Numbered from the stretch's first letter, positions 33,406 to 42,397 are shown. The stretch: DNA of 64,000 bases from an uncultured Methanosarcinales archaeon (GCA_964353335.1 CAYGVI010000005.1:1858-65857); one strand, 5' to 3'. The notes: generated by a model not told the origin, from the letters alone. Program-made: numbers and translations.

Positions 33406-35025
33406 TCACCACGACAATAATCTGTGCGCTTTCTTGAAGTTCTTGTAGTTCTGCCACAAATCCTTTGTCGCTAAGACTGCGGCAGTTGTTGTCTCGGCAT
33501 CAAGCTTTGCCTTGCTTTGGCCCTCTTTTTTCTTTTTCTCAGGCAGTATTGAGGTGAATGTGTCTGCAAAGCCCTTTCCAATCGCCTTGAACGGCTCGAA
33601 AAGGTCCATCTTTTGCACCACCTTGACTTCTTTTTTCTTTTCCTCGCGCAGGCCGCGCGCTTCCTTGAGGTAATTTTTCAAATCAGCGCCAAGCGCGTCC
33701 ATTGCCGCGTTGAGCGAGCGGTCAATGCTGCTTATCAGCTCAAAGTCCTCCTCGTCCTTCATCGCCTTGTATTCCTCAATCTGCTTTTCTGTCCATGCAT
33801 ATGCGCGCCAGAAAATCTTTGTCTCGCCCTGGTGCAATGGCCCGCGGTGGTAGCCGCCTTCCTGCGAGAACTGCATTTCAGGCCTTGTCCTGTACTGGAA
33901 CGTGAGCATTATGCACGAGTAAACATCCTTGTTGTTCTCGGGAATCTTCTGCCCGAGCACTTCAATCTCAACCAGCGAGCCTTCAAAAGCGGCTATCAGG
34001 TCTGCCGAGCTCATCTTTGTGACATCTGAGCCGAGCTTTTTTATGTGCTTCAGGTACGGCTTGACCCAGCTCATGTACATCTTGATTACCTGATAGTGCT
34101 GGTCAAGGTATTCGAGAGTGAAGCGCCTGCGCTGCTGTATCTCAATCCACGTTTCCGACTTCCAAACAAGGTACTGGTAGAGCTTTCGCTTGAGCACATT
34201 CTTCATTTCCTTGTTGAACCCGCCTGCCTGCTTTTCCACAAGCTCGTCAACCATCTTCCTGCAATCCTCATCAGTCACCTTGTCAGCAGGCTTGCCCTTG
34301 ATTTTTCCCACGATTTTCTTTGTGATATGGATGTTGAAGAAAAGGTCAGGCAGTGCTGAGAACTGCAGCTGCTGCGCCATCACGAAAAGGTTGCTTGAAG
34401 TCCTTTGCCCGCCGACAACGCCGTCAACCATGTCTGTCCAGAGCCCTTTCAGAGCGATTTCAGCCCCTTCCTGCCCCAAGTCAGAGTCCTCGTAATACCT
34501 CTTTCTCTCATCAATCCACCTGAGTTCGCGGACCAGCTGGAACATGTCTTTTATCATCTTGCCGATTGATGCCAAGTACTGCGCGACTTTGTCCTGCGCG
34601 AGCCCGAGGCGCTGTGCTGATGCGCCGTAGAATGATGAATGCTCTGCTGCGGTGAATATGTCTGAGATTTTATGCACGACAGGGTAGCCCCAGTCATTGG
34701 TCATGTGGCCGAGGCACCAGTAATAGACCGGCTCTATGCTTTCGTGCGGAACCTCGTAAATCAGGTAGTACTTGTTAGAGGGCTTTGGGTAAGGCATTGT
34801 CAGTATCTGGTCGCGCTGGATTTCAAGCTCGTCGTGGTCTGCGTACTCCTCTGCTTTTTTGGAGTCCATTCTTGTGAGGAGCGCTTTTTTCTCTTCATCC
34901 TTCAGTTTTTCCCAGTTCGGGAAATCCTTCTTGAACTTCTTGTTGAAGAAATCGTGTAATATCATGCGCTTGCTTGCAGCGCCCTTTACATCCTCTGTCA
35001 GCCACGGCATATTGTCATCAGGCAT
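33406..35025 (-). CDS. orphan protein, 539 aa
   Basis: Long uninterrupted ATG ORF with its own TATA box and AGAGGGA upstream. No motif recognised. Confidence 0.6.
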   Translation of the reverse strand: MPDDNMPWLTEDVKGAASKRMILHDFFNKKFKKDFPNWEKLKDEEKKALLTRMDSKKAEEYADHDELEIQRDQILTMPYPKPSNKYYLIYEVPHESIEPVYYWCLGHMTNDWGYPVVHKISDIFTAAEHSSFYGASAQRLGLAQDKVAQYLASIGKMIKDMFQLVRELRWIDERKRYYEDSDLGQEGAEIALKGLWTDMVDGVVGGQRTSSNLFVMAQQLQFSALPDLFFNIHITKKIVGKIKGKPADKVTDEDCRKMVDELVEKQAGGFNKEMKNVLKRKLYQYLVWKSETWIEIQQRRRFTLEYLDQHYQVIKMYMSWVKPYLKHIKKLGSDVTKMSSADLIAAFEGSLVEIEVLGQKIPENNKDVYSCIMLTFQYRTRPEMQFSQEGGYHRGPLHQGETKIFWRAYAWTEKQIEEYKAMKDEEDFELISSIDRSLNAAMDALGADLKNYLKEARGLREEKKKEVKVVQKMDLFEPFKAIGKGFADTFTSILPEKKKKEGQSKAKLDAETTTAAVLATKDLWQNYKNFKKAHRLLSW

Positions 35026-35053
35026 GTTTTCCCTCTTTTTGCATCTGCTTTAT

Positions 35054-35062
35054 GGGGAAGTG
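35054..35062 (-). promoter_or_regulatory. TATA-like box for 33406..35025
   Basis: The minus strand reads gtttaaata, about 30 nt upstream of the ATG at 35025. Confidence 0.4.
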
Positions 35063-35071
35063 GTATTTAAA

Positions 35072-35311
35072 CTATGGCGTTATCTTCTTCAGCACCGCGA
35101 CAAATCCCACCTGTGCGACAAGCTGCGTGCCTGACCTTTCAGCCAGCTCCCTTGCAAACGCCTTCTTGTCCTTTCCTGACGCCTGCACAGGAAGGAACTT
35201 GACCTTGATTACCTGTCTTTTCCTGACTTGCTTTTTTATCTCGGCAATAATCGTGTCAGTAATTCCGGCTTTTCCGATTCTTACAATTATTGGCAGTGAA
35301 TGAGTGTCCAT
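35072..35311 (-). CDS. YhbY/CRM-domain RNA-binding protein
   Basis: IVRIGKAGITDTIIAEIKKQVRKRQVIKVKF matches the CRS1_YhbY signature (G-K-x-G-x-T...E-L-I-K-V). Confidence 0.7.
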   Translation of the reverse strand: MDTHSLPIIVRIGKAGITDTIIAEIKKQVRKRQVIKVKFLPVQASGKDKKAFARELAERSGTQLVAQVGFVAVLKKITP

Positions 35312-35326
35312 TATTTCACAGAACTT

Positions 35327-35401
35327 TCAGCAGTATCTGCAGGTTTTTCTCTTTGACTTCTTGCCCTTCTTTGCCGTTCTCTTCGCCTTCTTTTTCGCCA
35401 T
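35327..35401 (-). CDS. 24-aa highly basic micro-ORF
   Basis: Hand translation gives MAKKKAKRTAKKGKKSKRKTCRYC. GAGGTGA lies 6-7 nt upstream of the ATG. Its stop is 15 nt before the YhbY start. Confidence 0.25.
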   Translation of the reverse strand: MAKKKAKRTAKKGKKSKRKTCRYC

Positions 35402-35455
35402 GATTTTTCACCTCTGTTTTATTAAAAATGTATATTGCACATTTGTATATAAACA

Positions 35456-36247
35456 TTACTGCTTTGCCACGCGCATTTCACCGGATGGCAGAGCGCTGAT
35501 TATTTCATCAGGTGTTCCTGCGCCGAACTGGTGAATCAGCTTTTTTGCGATTTCCGAGGGCCTTTCATCGCCCTGCTTGATTACTGCGTATTTTTTGCAG
35601 TGTTTTTTTATCGCTGGCAAAGGGCCTGACATTATCCTTCCGTCGTCAAGAATTCCTATCGCAACTTCCAGAGTCGGATGATAATAAGTCCTTTTTCCAA
35701 TCACCATGAACGCCCCTTTTGTGAGGTATTCTCCTGCTTTTGCCTCTTTTGTGACCTGCTCTGGCGTGACGTGGTAGACTTCCATTGAGGTTAAGCCGAG
35801 CTTCCAGCCTTTTGAGAATGTTGCAGCTGCCTGCGCGGTTTCCTCTTTTGTTGCTTCGCCTATTTGCTTGTTTTCTGCCTTGATTATGAAGAACGGGCTT
35901 CCCGGCGCTTCTGTGTGAAAGATTAAGTCTCCTGGCTGGGTGTGCTTCTTGACTATAATGTCATTTGTTGTCGCGTCCCTTCCTCCGACGCAGAGCATTC
36001 CCTCGCTGGAGTAGAACCACCTGAATTTTTCATACCATTCTTTTTTCCTGTCAGATGCCACAGGCTTTTGCTTCTCTAACTTCGCGATTACATTCGCCTG
36101 CTCTTTTTGCAGTTTTTCCTTTTGTTTTTCAAACCGCTTTAATGCCTCTTTCAACCCCTCAATCTTTCCCTTTGCCTTCTTTCCCTTTTCGAAATAGAAT
36201 TCAGCGTTCTTTTCTATTGTCTTCTTGGCGTTAAGGATGAGGCGCAT
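35456..36247 (-). CDS. NFACT-R (DUF814) RNA-binding protein, short form
   Basis: N-terminal K/E coiled coil, then DATTNDIIVKKHTQPGDLIFHTEAPGSPFFIIK, typical of the NFACT-R domain. The ATG at 36247 is 1 nt after the Fic stop. Confidence 0.7.
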   Translation of the reverse strand: MRLILNAKKTIEKNAEFYFEKGKKAKGKIEGLKEALKRFEKQKEKLQKEQANVIAKLEKQKPVASDRKKEWYEKFRWFYSSEGMLCVGGRDATTNDIIVKKHTQPGDLIFHTEAPGSPFFIIKAENKQIGEATKEETAQAAATFSKGWKLGLTSMEVYHVTPEQVTKEAKAGEYLTKGAFMVIGKRTYYHPTLEVAIGILDDGRIMSGPLPAIKKHCKKYAVIKQGDERPSEIAKKLIHQFGAGTPDEIISALPSGEMRVAKQ

Positions 36248-36248
36248 T

Positions 36249-37121
36249 TTACTCAGCGTACCTCTTTTTGTGTATTGAAAGGTAGTGCCTGACAAAATAC
36301 TTTATGAACCCTGCTTCGTCTTTCTTCAGCGCACGGTAGTATGAACTTCTTTTCTTGTATGGAATGATTATCATTGGATAGCCTGCGTGCCAGAGGACGT
36401 GGTTGATAAGCAGGCGCCCGATTCTTCCATTGCCGTCGCCAAAGGGATGGATTTTCTCAAACCTGTAATGCATCAGCCCCGCGAACTCAGGAATGCTTAT
36501 TTCCTTTGGCCCCTTGTTTATTTCTTTTATTAGTTCTTCCATTAATTGCTCAATGTCCTGCCAGTCAGGCGCTCGGTAGTCTCCGACTCTTACGAGGTAA
36601 TCCCTGAATTTTCCTGCAATGTCGCGCTTTGTTTCGTGGAAAATGTCATTGTGCCACTTCAGGATGAGCCACTTTGTGATTTTTTCCCGGTTTTTTAACA
36701 TTTCAAGGAATGTTCTTGCGTGCGCTTCTGTTTCTTTTATGTCCCTTAATGGCTTGTTTGGCGATATCTGCTCTTGAAGTATTTCCCTTGTCTCATCCAG
36801 TGTGATTGTCGAACCCTCAATCGCATTGGTGTTGTAAGTGAAGGCGATTGCTATCTCTTTCAGCTCGTTTTCCTTTGCAGTATCCGGAAGCCTTTTCCAC
36901 TCCTTCTGGAAGCTGCTTTTTATTTTTGCAAGCTTTTTGAGAAGCTCGCCCCTTTGTTCCTGCATAAGCTCCTTTCCGGCTGATTCAATCAGTTCCTCAG
37001 AAGGCAGGTTCTTTCCCACATATTTCTCGCGCGTGACTATTTTTCCGTTCTTCCTGAATGAGTGCTTCAAATAATAGAATTCCTCTTTCCCTTTCCTTCG
37101 CTTCACTACCCTCACAGCCAA
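36249..37121 (-). CDS. Fic-domain protein (AMPylase family)
   Basis: HPFGDGNGRIGR matches the Fic motif HxFx(D/E)GNGRxxR. An upstream TNAIEG matches the inhibitory (S/T)xxxE(G/N) helix motif. Confidence 0.85.
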   Translation of the reverse strand: MAVRVVKRRKGKEEFYYLKHSFRKNGKIVTREKYVGKNLPSEELIESAGKELMQEQRGELLKKLAKIKSSFQKEWKRLPDTAKENELKEIAIAFTYNTNAIEGSTITLDETREILQEQISPNKPLRDIKETEAHARTFLEMLKNREKITKWLILKWHNDIFHETKRDIAGKFRDYLVRVGDYRAPDWQDIEQLMEELIKEINKGPKEISIPEFAGLMHYRFEKIHPFGDGNGRIGRLLINHVLWHAGYPMIIIPYKKRSSYYRALKKDEAGFIKYFVRHYLSIHKKRYAE

Positions 37122-37217
37122 CCTTACCCTTACAAAGTATTTAAATATTGCGTTTTCTTATTAATTGTAAGGGTAATGATGCCAGCAGCTTAATAAACGG
37201 CCGCAAAGGGATTTGAA

Positions 37218-37586
37218 ATGATGGAGCCAACTGTCGTTTACGGGACAAGGAGAAAAAGGCAGTGGGTGCTCTCGCAGTCTCCTGACTTTCCGCTTCACAA
37301 AGGCAACAGCATAATCAACAGCCTTGTGAACAGGGTCTTGAATCTTGAGCCTGATGCAAAAACAACCTACAAGTTCTTCAGGGGCGAGCCAAGAATAGCA
37401 AAAGTGCAAATAACCCACACTGCTTTCAGCATTATTGCAAGGTACGATCCGCCTTACGCCCCAGTCTACGCAAACATGATGTCAGGCCCTTCTGCTGAAA
37501 TAACTGCAGAGCTGAAATTTAACACTGACATCCAGTATGACCCTAAAAAGCGCGAAAGCCTGGTGGCTATTGTCCGCAAGCTCTGA
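37218..37586 (+). CDS. hypothetical protein, 122 aa
   Basis: ATG ORF. No motif recognised. Confidence 0.45.
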   Translation: MMEPTVVYGTRRKRQWVLSQSPDFPLHKGNSIINSLVNRVLNLEPDAKTTYKFFRGEPRIAKVQITHTAFSIIARYDPPYAPVYANMMSGPSAEITAELKFNTDIQYDPKKRESLVAIVRKL

Positions 37587-37658
37587 TTCTGGCTAAATGT
37601 TTTTATATTCCGTTGCCTTTATATATCCTAGATGCGCCTCTTTTCGCTAAAGAGGTGC

Positions 37659-38960
37659 ATGATGGACGAGCAGCGAGTGCGCAGGGTTGTAAAGCTTATC
37701 AGTGACTACTGCGGGCGCATACAGGAATTACGCCAGAGGCGCATTGGCAAAATGTCCTCTTTGGAATTTTGGAATGCGCTTGTCGCGACAAACAAGGCGA
37801 TAAAGACAACTGATGATCCTAACGCAAAGTCAGAAAAGATAGGATTGAAGCACGTCTGGTTCAATCCCAGCGTGTTTCGGTCAGAAATTGGCGCGCTTTC
37901 AGCACTGATGGATGCTTTGCAGTCATTGCTTGATGCAGATGTGCTCGCTGAGATTAAGGCAGAAGGTTATGACGCTAATCGGATAAGGTTATTGGTTGAA
38001 AAAGGCGCTAAAATGGCAGAACAGGCTAAGGCTTTCATTGGAGCTTGGGAAAACGCATATGGACGGCTTCTTACAGGACAGCCGGTCAAGTCAGATGAAC
38101 TTTCAGCTCTTGAGTATAAAATAGCAGGAATGGTGCACGGCCTTGAAGACGCAATTGTAAAGCAGCAGGCGCCGGCAGTTGCCCGCGTTACACAAAACCC
38201 TGCTTATACCCGCAGGGGATTTCTTAGCATGTTTGCAAAAAGAGCAGCCGCAGCGATTGTGCTGGCAGGCGCAAGCTCAATAATGACCGCAACAGGAACA
38301 AAAGCAGCATACGGCCAGGACATAGCACAAAAAGCAGACGAAATAACCGAATCAGAAATCACAGACATGATGAAAAAAGATACGGTTGAAGAGATACTGA
38401 AAGGGGCGAATGTGGAGTATGTCCAGCGCGTTGGAAATGACACTAATTTTGATGCGCTTGTTTATCAAAAGAATTTAAAACCAGAAGAAAGAAAACCTGT
38501 GCTGGTGTTCTTTTATCATAATAGAGATCCACCTAGTGCTAAGGGAAAAGGTTCCGCACATAGAGATGCAATTATTTTCATATCATTAGCAAAAATGTTT
38601 CATAACAGGATTAAATTTGTTGGGTATAATGCTGATGTGCGCCAAGAAACTAATGCGGATTGGTTCAATAAAATGGGACTTCTCGGAATCCCCTCAATAT
38701 CCATGTATTCCACTTTTGATGTGTTAAAAGGAGAAACTGTTGAAAAGAATAGTGGACAAATAAAGCAGATAGATGTTATCAGGGGCGGTCCTTTGGAAGA
38801 TAAGTTCATCGCGCCCCGAACTAGAAACAATGCGAATTATTGGATACCCACGAACCTGTTTATGAAGCAAAGCATTGACAAAGACAACAAAGTGTATAGA
38901 TACAACAATACTGGTGAAATAAAAGTTGTTGGAGAATCCATTCTTTTGGCAAAAGAGTAA
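37659..38960 (+). CDS. two-part protein: helical N-terminal half, internal Tat-like or TM segment, thioredoxin-fold-like C-terminal half
   Basis: The ATG at 37659 follows AGAGGTG (the track start is 37632). TRRGFLSMFAKRAAAAIVLAGASSIM sits mid-protein. PVLVFFY...GIPSISMY resembles a thioredoxin fold but lacks CxxC. Confidence 0.5.
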   Translation: MMDEQRVRRVVKLISDYCGRIQELRQRRIGKMSSLEFWNALVATNKAIKTTDDPNAKSEKIGLKHVWFNPSVFRSEIGALSALMDALQSLLDADVLAEIKAEGYDANRIRLLVEKGAKMAEQAKAFIGAWENAYGRLLTGQPVKSDELSALEYKIAGMVHGLEDAIVKQQAPAVARVTQNPAYTRRGFLSMFAKRAAAAIVLAGASSIMTATGTKAAYGQDIAQKADEITESEITDMMKKDTVEEILKGANVEYVQRVGNDTNFDALVYQKNLKPEERKPVLVFFYHNRDPPSAKGKGSAHRDAIIFISLAKMFHNRIKFVGYNADVRQETNADWFNKMGLLGIPSISMYSTFDVLKGETVEKNSGQIKQIDVIRGGPLEDKFIAPRTRNNANYWIPTNLFMKQSIDKDNKVYRYNNTGEIKVVGESILLAKE

Positions 38961-39007
38961 CATTTATAACAGCAATTTCTAATCCAACGCAATAAAAAGA
39001 GGGAGAA

Positions 39008-40453
39008 ATGAAGCTCAAGACATTTTTAATGTTATCATTAATCTGCATTATATTTTTACCTATCGTTATTGCTATTGAAAAAGGAGGAGAAAGTGTTGAA
39101 CAAACAACAAAACCATCCCCTGCCGAACAGTTCAAGGAAAAATATCCAAACGTTCCTGCCCAGCAGGTCAGTACATTCACTGATAATGGCGATGGGACTG
39201 TTACTGTGAATTTTGGGGAGATTACTTCTGATGGTGCAACGTACAAAAACGGAGTCGGTGTGAAAATGGACGCAAATGGCAAACTCATCCATGCAGACAA
39301 AATAACACTACCGAGCGGGGCAACAGTGGAAAATGCAGACATGTTAAGTTCAAGTGGAAAAGATAATTATCAAGCAGGCCATGTTGGCGAACTGCGCGAG
39401 GGACCGATAATCCTGAGCAATGCACAAAACGTCCAATGGAACAACGGCGTAATGACCGCGAGCTCTGCTGATTCTATGGACTACAAGGGAAGCACTTCAA
39501 ATGATGTGATTATGCTTGTTGCTGATAACAAGCAGTTTAGCGTTGAAAAGGCAAGCGCTGTGCAGGCTGGGTGTTTTCTTGTGGAGGATGTTAATGATGC
39601 GCAGTTCAATGTTGGAAGAATAATGACAATGACCACGAGCGGAAGCGGAAAAGTTGTTTATGACCAGGGGCAGAAGGTTGATTACACTGCAAAAGACCTG
39701 AACAGCTCGATTGTTGGAAGCATAACTGCGTGCAGAAGACCGACTTACCAAGTAAAAGCAATGGAATTGAACACGAAAACAGGCAATTTAACAGAACTTG
39801 TCAATGGCTCAGGGGAAATACAATTGGACGGCAGGTACGGGGTTGTCTGCATGAACCTCACCCCTGTAAGCACTTATGACATTGACACAGGCAGGTTTGA
39901 ATACAGCTTTGGTTTCATAATAAAGGAATACGCTTACAAATTATGCGTACAAAAAGCAGTCTCACAGCAACTGGTTTCTGACTGCCCGTTATGCGGCTTG
40001 GTTGATTTGGCAAACCAGAAATTATTGCTCAATGGCATGATAGAATACACAAGGTATGTTTATGACAGCGCATTGATTGACGCAAACAAGCGCACTGCCT
40101 TCAAGTCAATGGGTTTTGGAAAGAACACAATTGATTTGGCAACAGGGGAAGTGATGATTGAAACAGACGCTCCTGAAATTTACACAGTGCCGGGCAATTA
40201 TTTGGAACTGCGCGAAATAAAAGAGGCAGCAGGAACTCACAGGTTTTTGGGAATAAATGAAAAGCTTGGCAGGGTTTCAAAAAACTGGGGCGTGAAATAC
40301 ACTGCGTCTTATTCAGACTCCACAACCACAATCACTGACAACCTGCTGGATTACAAGAGGGGGCTGTGCCATGTAACTGTTCTGCCTCCTGACAGCAGCC
40401 AGATAGCATCAATAATGTCGTCATTAAACGAGCAAAAGGCAAGATTCCCATGA
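39008..40453 (+). CDS. secreted orphan protein, 481 aa
   Basis: Signal peptide MKLKTFLMLSLICIIFLPIVIA. AGAGGGAG lies upstream. Confidence 0.55.
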   Translation: MKLKTFLMLSLICIIFLPIVIAIEKGGESVEQTTKPSPAEQFKEKYPNVPAQQVSTFTDNGDGTVTVNFGEITSDGATYKNGVGVKMDANGKLIHADKITLPSGATVENADMLSSSGKDNYQAGHVGELREGPIILSNAQNVQWNNGVMTASSADSMDYKGSTSNDVIMLVADNKQFSVEKASAVQAGCFLVEDVNDAQFNVGRIMTMTTSGSGKVVYDQGQKVDYTAKDLNSSIVGSITACRRPTYQVKAMELNTKTGNLTELVNGSGEIQLDGRYGVVCMNLTPVSTYDIDTGRFEYSFGFIIKEYAYKLCVQKAVSQQLVSDCPLCGLVDLANQKLLLNGMIEYTRYVYDSALIDANKRTAFKSMGFGKNTIDLATGEVMIETDAPEIYTVPGNYLELREIKEAAGTHRFLGINEKLGRVSKNWGVKYTASYSDSTTTITDNLLDYKRGLCHVTVLPPDSSQIASIMSSLNEQKARFP

Positions 40454-41217
40454 GTGAAACGAATGGTGTCCGCAGAGGAGCGAAGCGAGTCGGCGGCATG
40501 ATGAAAGCGCAGGTAACACTTTTCATAATGCTTGGAATGGTTCTTCTTGTACTGTCAGCAATTGTTTTTTACATTGTTGACCTCACCAGCCAGAAAGTGT
40601 TTGTGCACCCTATCGAGCCCTCAAGCGCAGAACAGCTTGTTGAGCAATGCCTTGGCCTGTTAGCAGACGATGCGCTGTTGGTAATAGGAAAGCACGGCGG
40701 CTATGCAGAGCTTGGCGTTAATTACTTTGAGCCGTTAAAAACATCTTATCTTTATGACGCAGGGGTTAACAATGCCCCTGACTCAGCAACAGTTGAACAG
40801 CAGTTGTCAGAATACATTGACGCGCACATAATGAACTGCCTTGGGAATTTTGAACTGCTGAGAGACAAGGGCATTGAAGTAATTGAGAAGGCGCAGCCGA
40901 GGACGACAACAATAATCGCAGGAAATAGCGTCAGGTTCACAATAGACTACAAAATTGAGGAAAAGAAAGGCGACATGATAACAACGCCTGAATTCCTGCC
41001 AACAATGAAAGCAGTCAGGCTGGCAGAAATCCTCCAGCTGGCAAATGACATCGTGGCATCAGAGCAGAAGAACAACAACCTGTTTGACCTGGATGTTGAG
41101 TGCAGCCTTGAAGTCACGCACTTCCCTGTTGAAAAAACATTAGTGACTGTTATTACGGATACTAATTTCTTAATCCAGGATTCCCCTTACCGCTTTGTCT
41201 TCGCGCACAAGAGGTAA
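40450..41217 (+). CDS. membrane-anchored orphan protein, 255 aa (target gene of the repeated FVFAHKR end)
   Basis: ATGA overlap with the upstream gene. An alternative start is MMKAQV at 40498. One TM (VTLFIMLGMVLLVLSAIVFYIV). Confidence 0.55.
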   Translation: MSETNGVRRGAKRVGGMMKAQVTLFIMLGMVLLVLSAIVFYIVDLTSQKVFVHPIEPSSAEQLVEQCLGLLADDALLVIGKHGGYAELGVNYFEPLKTSYLYDAGVNNAPDSATVEQQLSEYIDAHIMNCLGNFELLRDKGIEVIEKAQPRTTTIIAGNSVRFTIDYKIEEKKGDMITTPEFLPTMKAVRLAEILQLANDIVASEQKNNNLFDLDVECSLEVTHFPVEKTLVTVITDTNFLIQDSPYRFVFAHKR

Positions 41218-41237
41218 CTACCAACCAGTAGTTAAAA
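41192..41237 (+). repeat. repeat copy A (true 3' end of 40450..41217 plus 20 nt)
   Basis: gctttgtcttcgcgcacaagaggtaactaccaaccagtagttaaaa. 43 of 46 nt are identical to copy C. Confidence 0.85.
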
Positions 41238-41246
41238 AACAAAAGG

Positions 41247-41254
41247 TTTAAAAG
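41247..41254 (+). promoter_or_regulatory. TATA-like box (tttaaaag) for 41276 ORF
   Basis: 22 nt upstream of the ATG. Confidence 0.4.
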
Positions 41255-41275
41255 CATTCTCCGCTTGAGAAATAT

Positions 41276-42037
41276 ATGCAAAATGATTTTGGCGCAGAAG
41301 AAATAAAGGAGATTTCCAAACGAACCATGCAGCTGATTATCTGTCAGTATTTAACTGGAATAAATTTCATACGCTCCGAAATTGAATTGCCTAAAACCGC
41401 AGTAATAATCCATTACCTGCATGACTCTGAAAAGCAAATAGATTTTGTTCTTGATGAATTGAAAAAATTCGGCTCATACGAATCAATGATTCTTCCAAGG
41501 CATGCACAGTACTATTTCCACCCGAAATACACAAAGAAACCGCGGTTTATTGAGGAGTACCAAAATGCACAATTTGTGGATGCAGAATTAAATAAAGTCA
41601 CAATAGAAGAAGTTGTAAAAAATCCAGAGAATAAAGTGGTGGTAAATGATGAGATTGATTTGGTAATCCCTTTGCAGTCAGGAGATATCGCCCCGCTCGT
41701 AACCCACATTCAAAAAGCAGACCTTGAAGGACCTAAGCATTTTGTGCACCCTGCAATTATTGTCAGAGGTGATGCTAATTTTCCCGCCGCACCCGGATTC
41801 GTGAAAAAAGATTACGCATCGTTGCGCAGAAACCGTGCTGAGTTTTACTCTATAGTATCCGGAGAAATCAGGAAAGAACGGCTTATGAAGCGCTTAGAAG
41901 CAATTTGCAGAGAACTCAAAGGCAGCGCGCAGGCGCAGCTTACACAGGACTCAGTCCTTTGGTTTTCCGGACAAATAAATCCTGAATTGGATTTATATAT
42001 TAATGAGACTCTGCATGAACAGGATCTGCCAGAATAG
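41276..42037 (+). CDS. orphan protein, 253 aa (cassette 1)
   Basis: Leaderless-type ATG ORF. A/T-rich. No motif recognised. Confidence 0.5.
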   Translation: MQNDFGAEEIKEISKRTMQLIICQYLTGINFIRSEIELPKTAVIIHYLHDSEKQIDFVLDELKKFGSYESMILPRHAQYYFHPKYTKKPRFIEEYQNAQFVDAELNKVTIEEVVKNPENKVVVNDEIDLVIPLQSGDIAPLVTHIQKADLEGPKHFVHPAIIVRGDANFPAAPGFVKKDYASLRRNRAEFYSIVSGEIRKERLMKRLEAICRELKGSAQAQLTQDSVLWFSGQINPELDLYINETLHEQDLPE

Positions 42038-42320
42038 AATCAAGCTCTGATACCGCATAAACACCAGTCAGCGTAGGATGTTTCCCTCCATTTCCCTCTT
42101 TCAAAAGTCTTAACAGTTCCTCACCTGTTTTGGCAGTATGCACGTGATACTTGTATACAATACTCCCCCACGCATAACGCCATTCACTGATATACTTTGC
42201 ATCAGGAAAATTAGCCAGCGCGCGAATTACGTCGCTCTTATGTTCGGGCACCATCACCGGAAAACCGTTGATTTGTGGGTCCTGTAATGCCTGAAGCATT
42301 TTTTCAAGATACGGTTGCAT
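42000..42320 (-). CDS. orphan protein, 106 aa (cassette 1)
   Basis: A minus-strand TATA (ttttaaatag) lies about 25 nt upstream of the ATG at 42320. The 3' ends of this gene and 41276..42037 overlap by 38 nt. Confidence 0.45.
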   Translation of the reverse strand: MQPYLEKMLQALQDPQINGFPVMVPEHKSDVIRALANFPDAKYISEWRYAWGSIVYKYHVHTAKTGEELLRLLKEGNGGKHPTLTGVYAVSELDSILADPVHAESH

Positions 42321-42373
42321 ACCCCTGCTAATGTGTTCTAACTATTTAAAATTGCTGGAAACTAGACTGTCTG

Positions 42374-42397
42374 TTTGTTTTCGCGCACAAAAGATAA
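42374..42397 (+). repeat. repeat copy B (orphan gene end LFVFAHKR-stop)
   Basis: tttgttttcgcgcacaa is identical to copy C, followed by aagataa. The differences from A and C (aaa aga versus aag agg) are synonymous. Confidence 0.7.
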
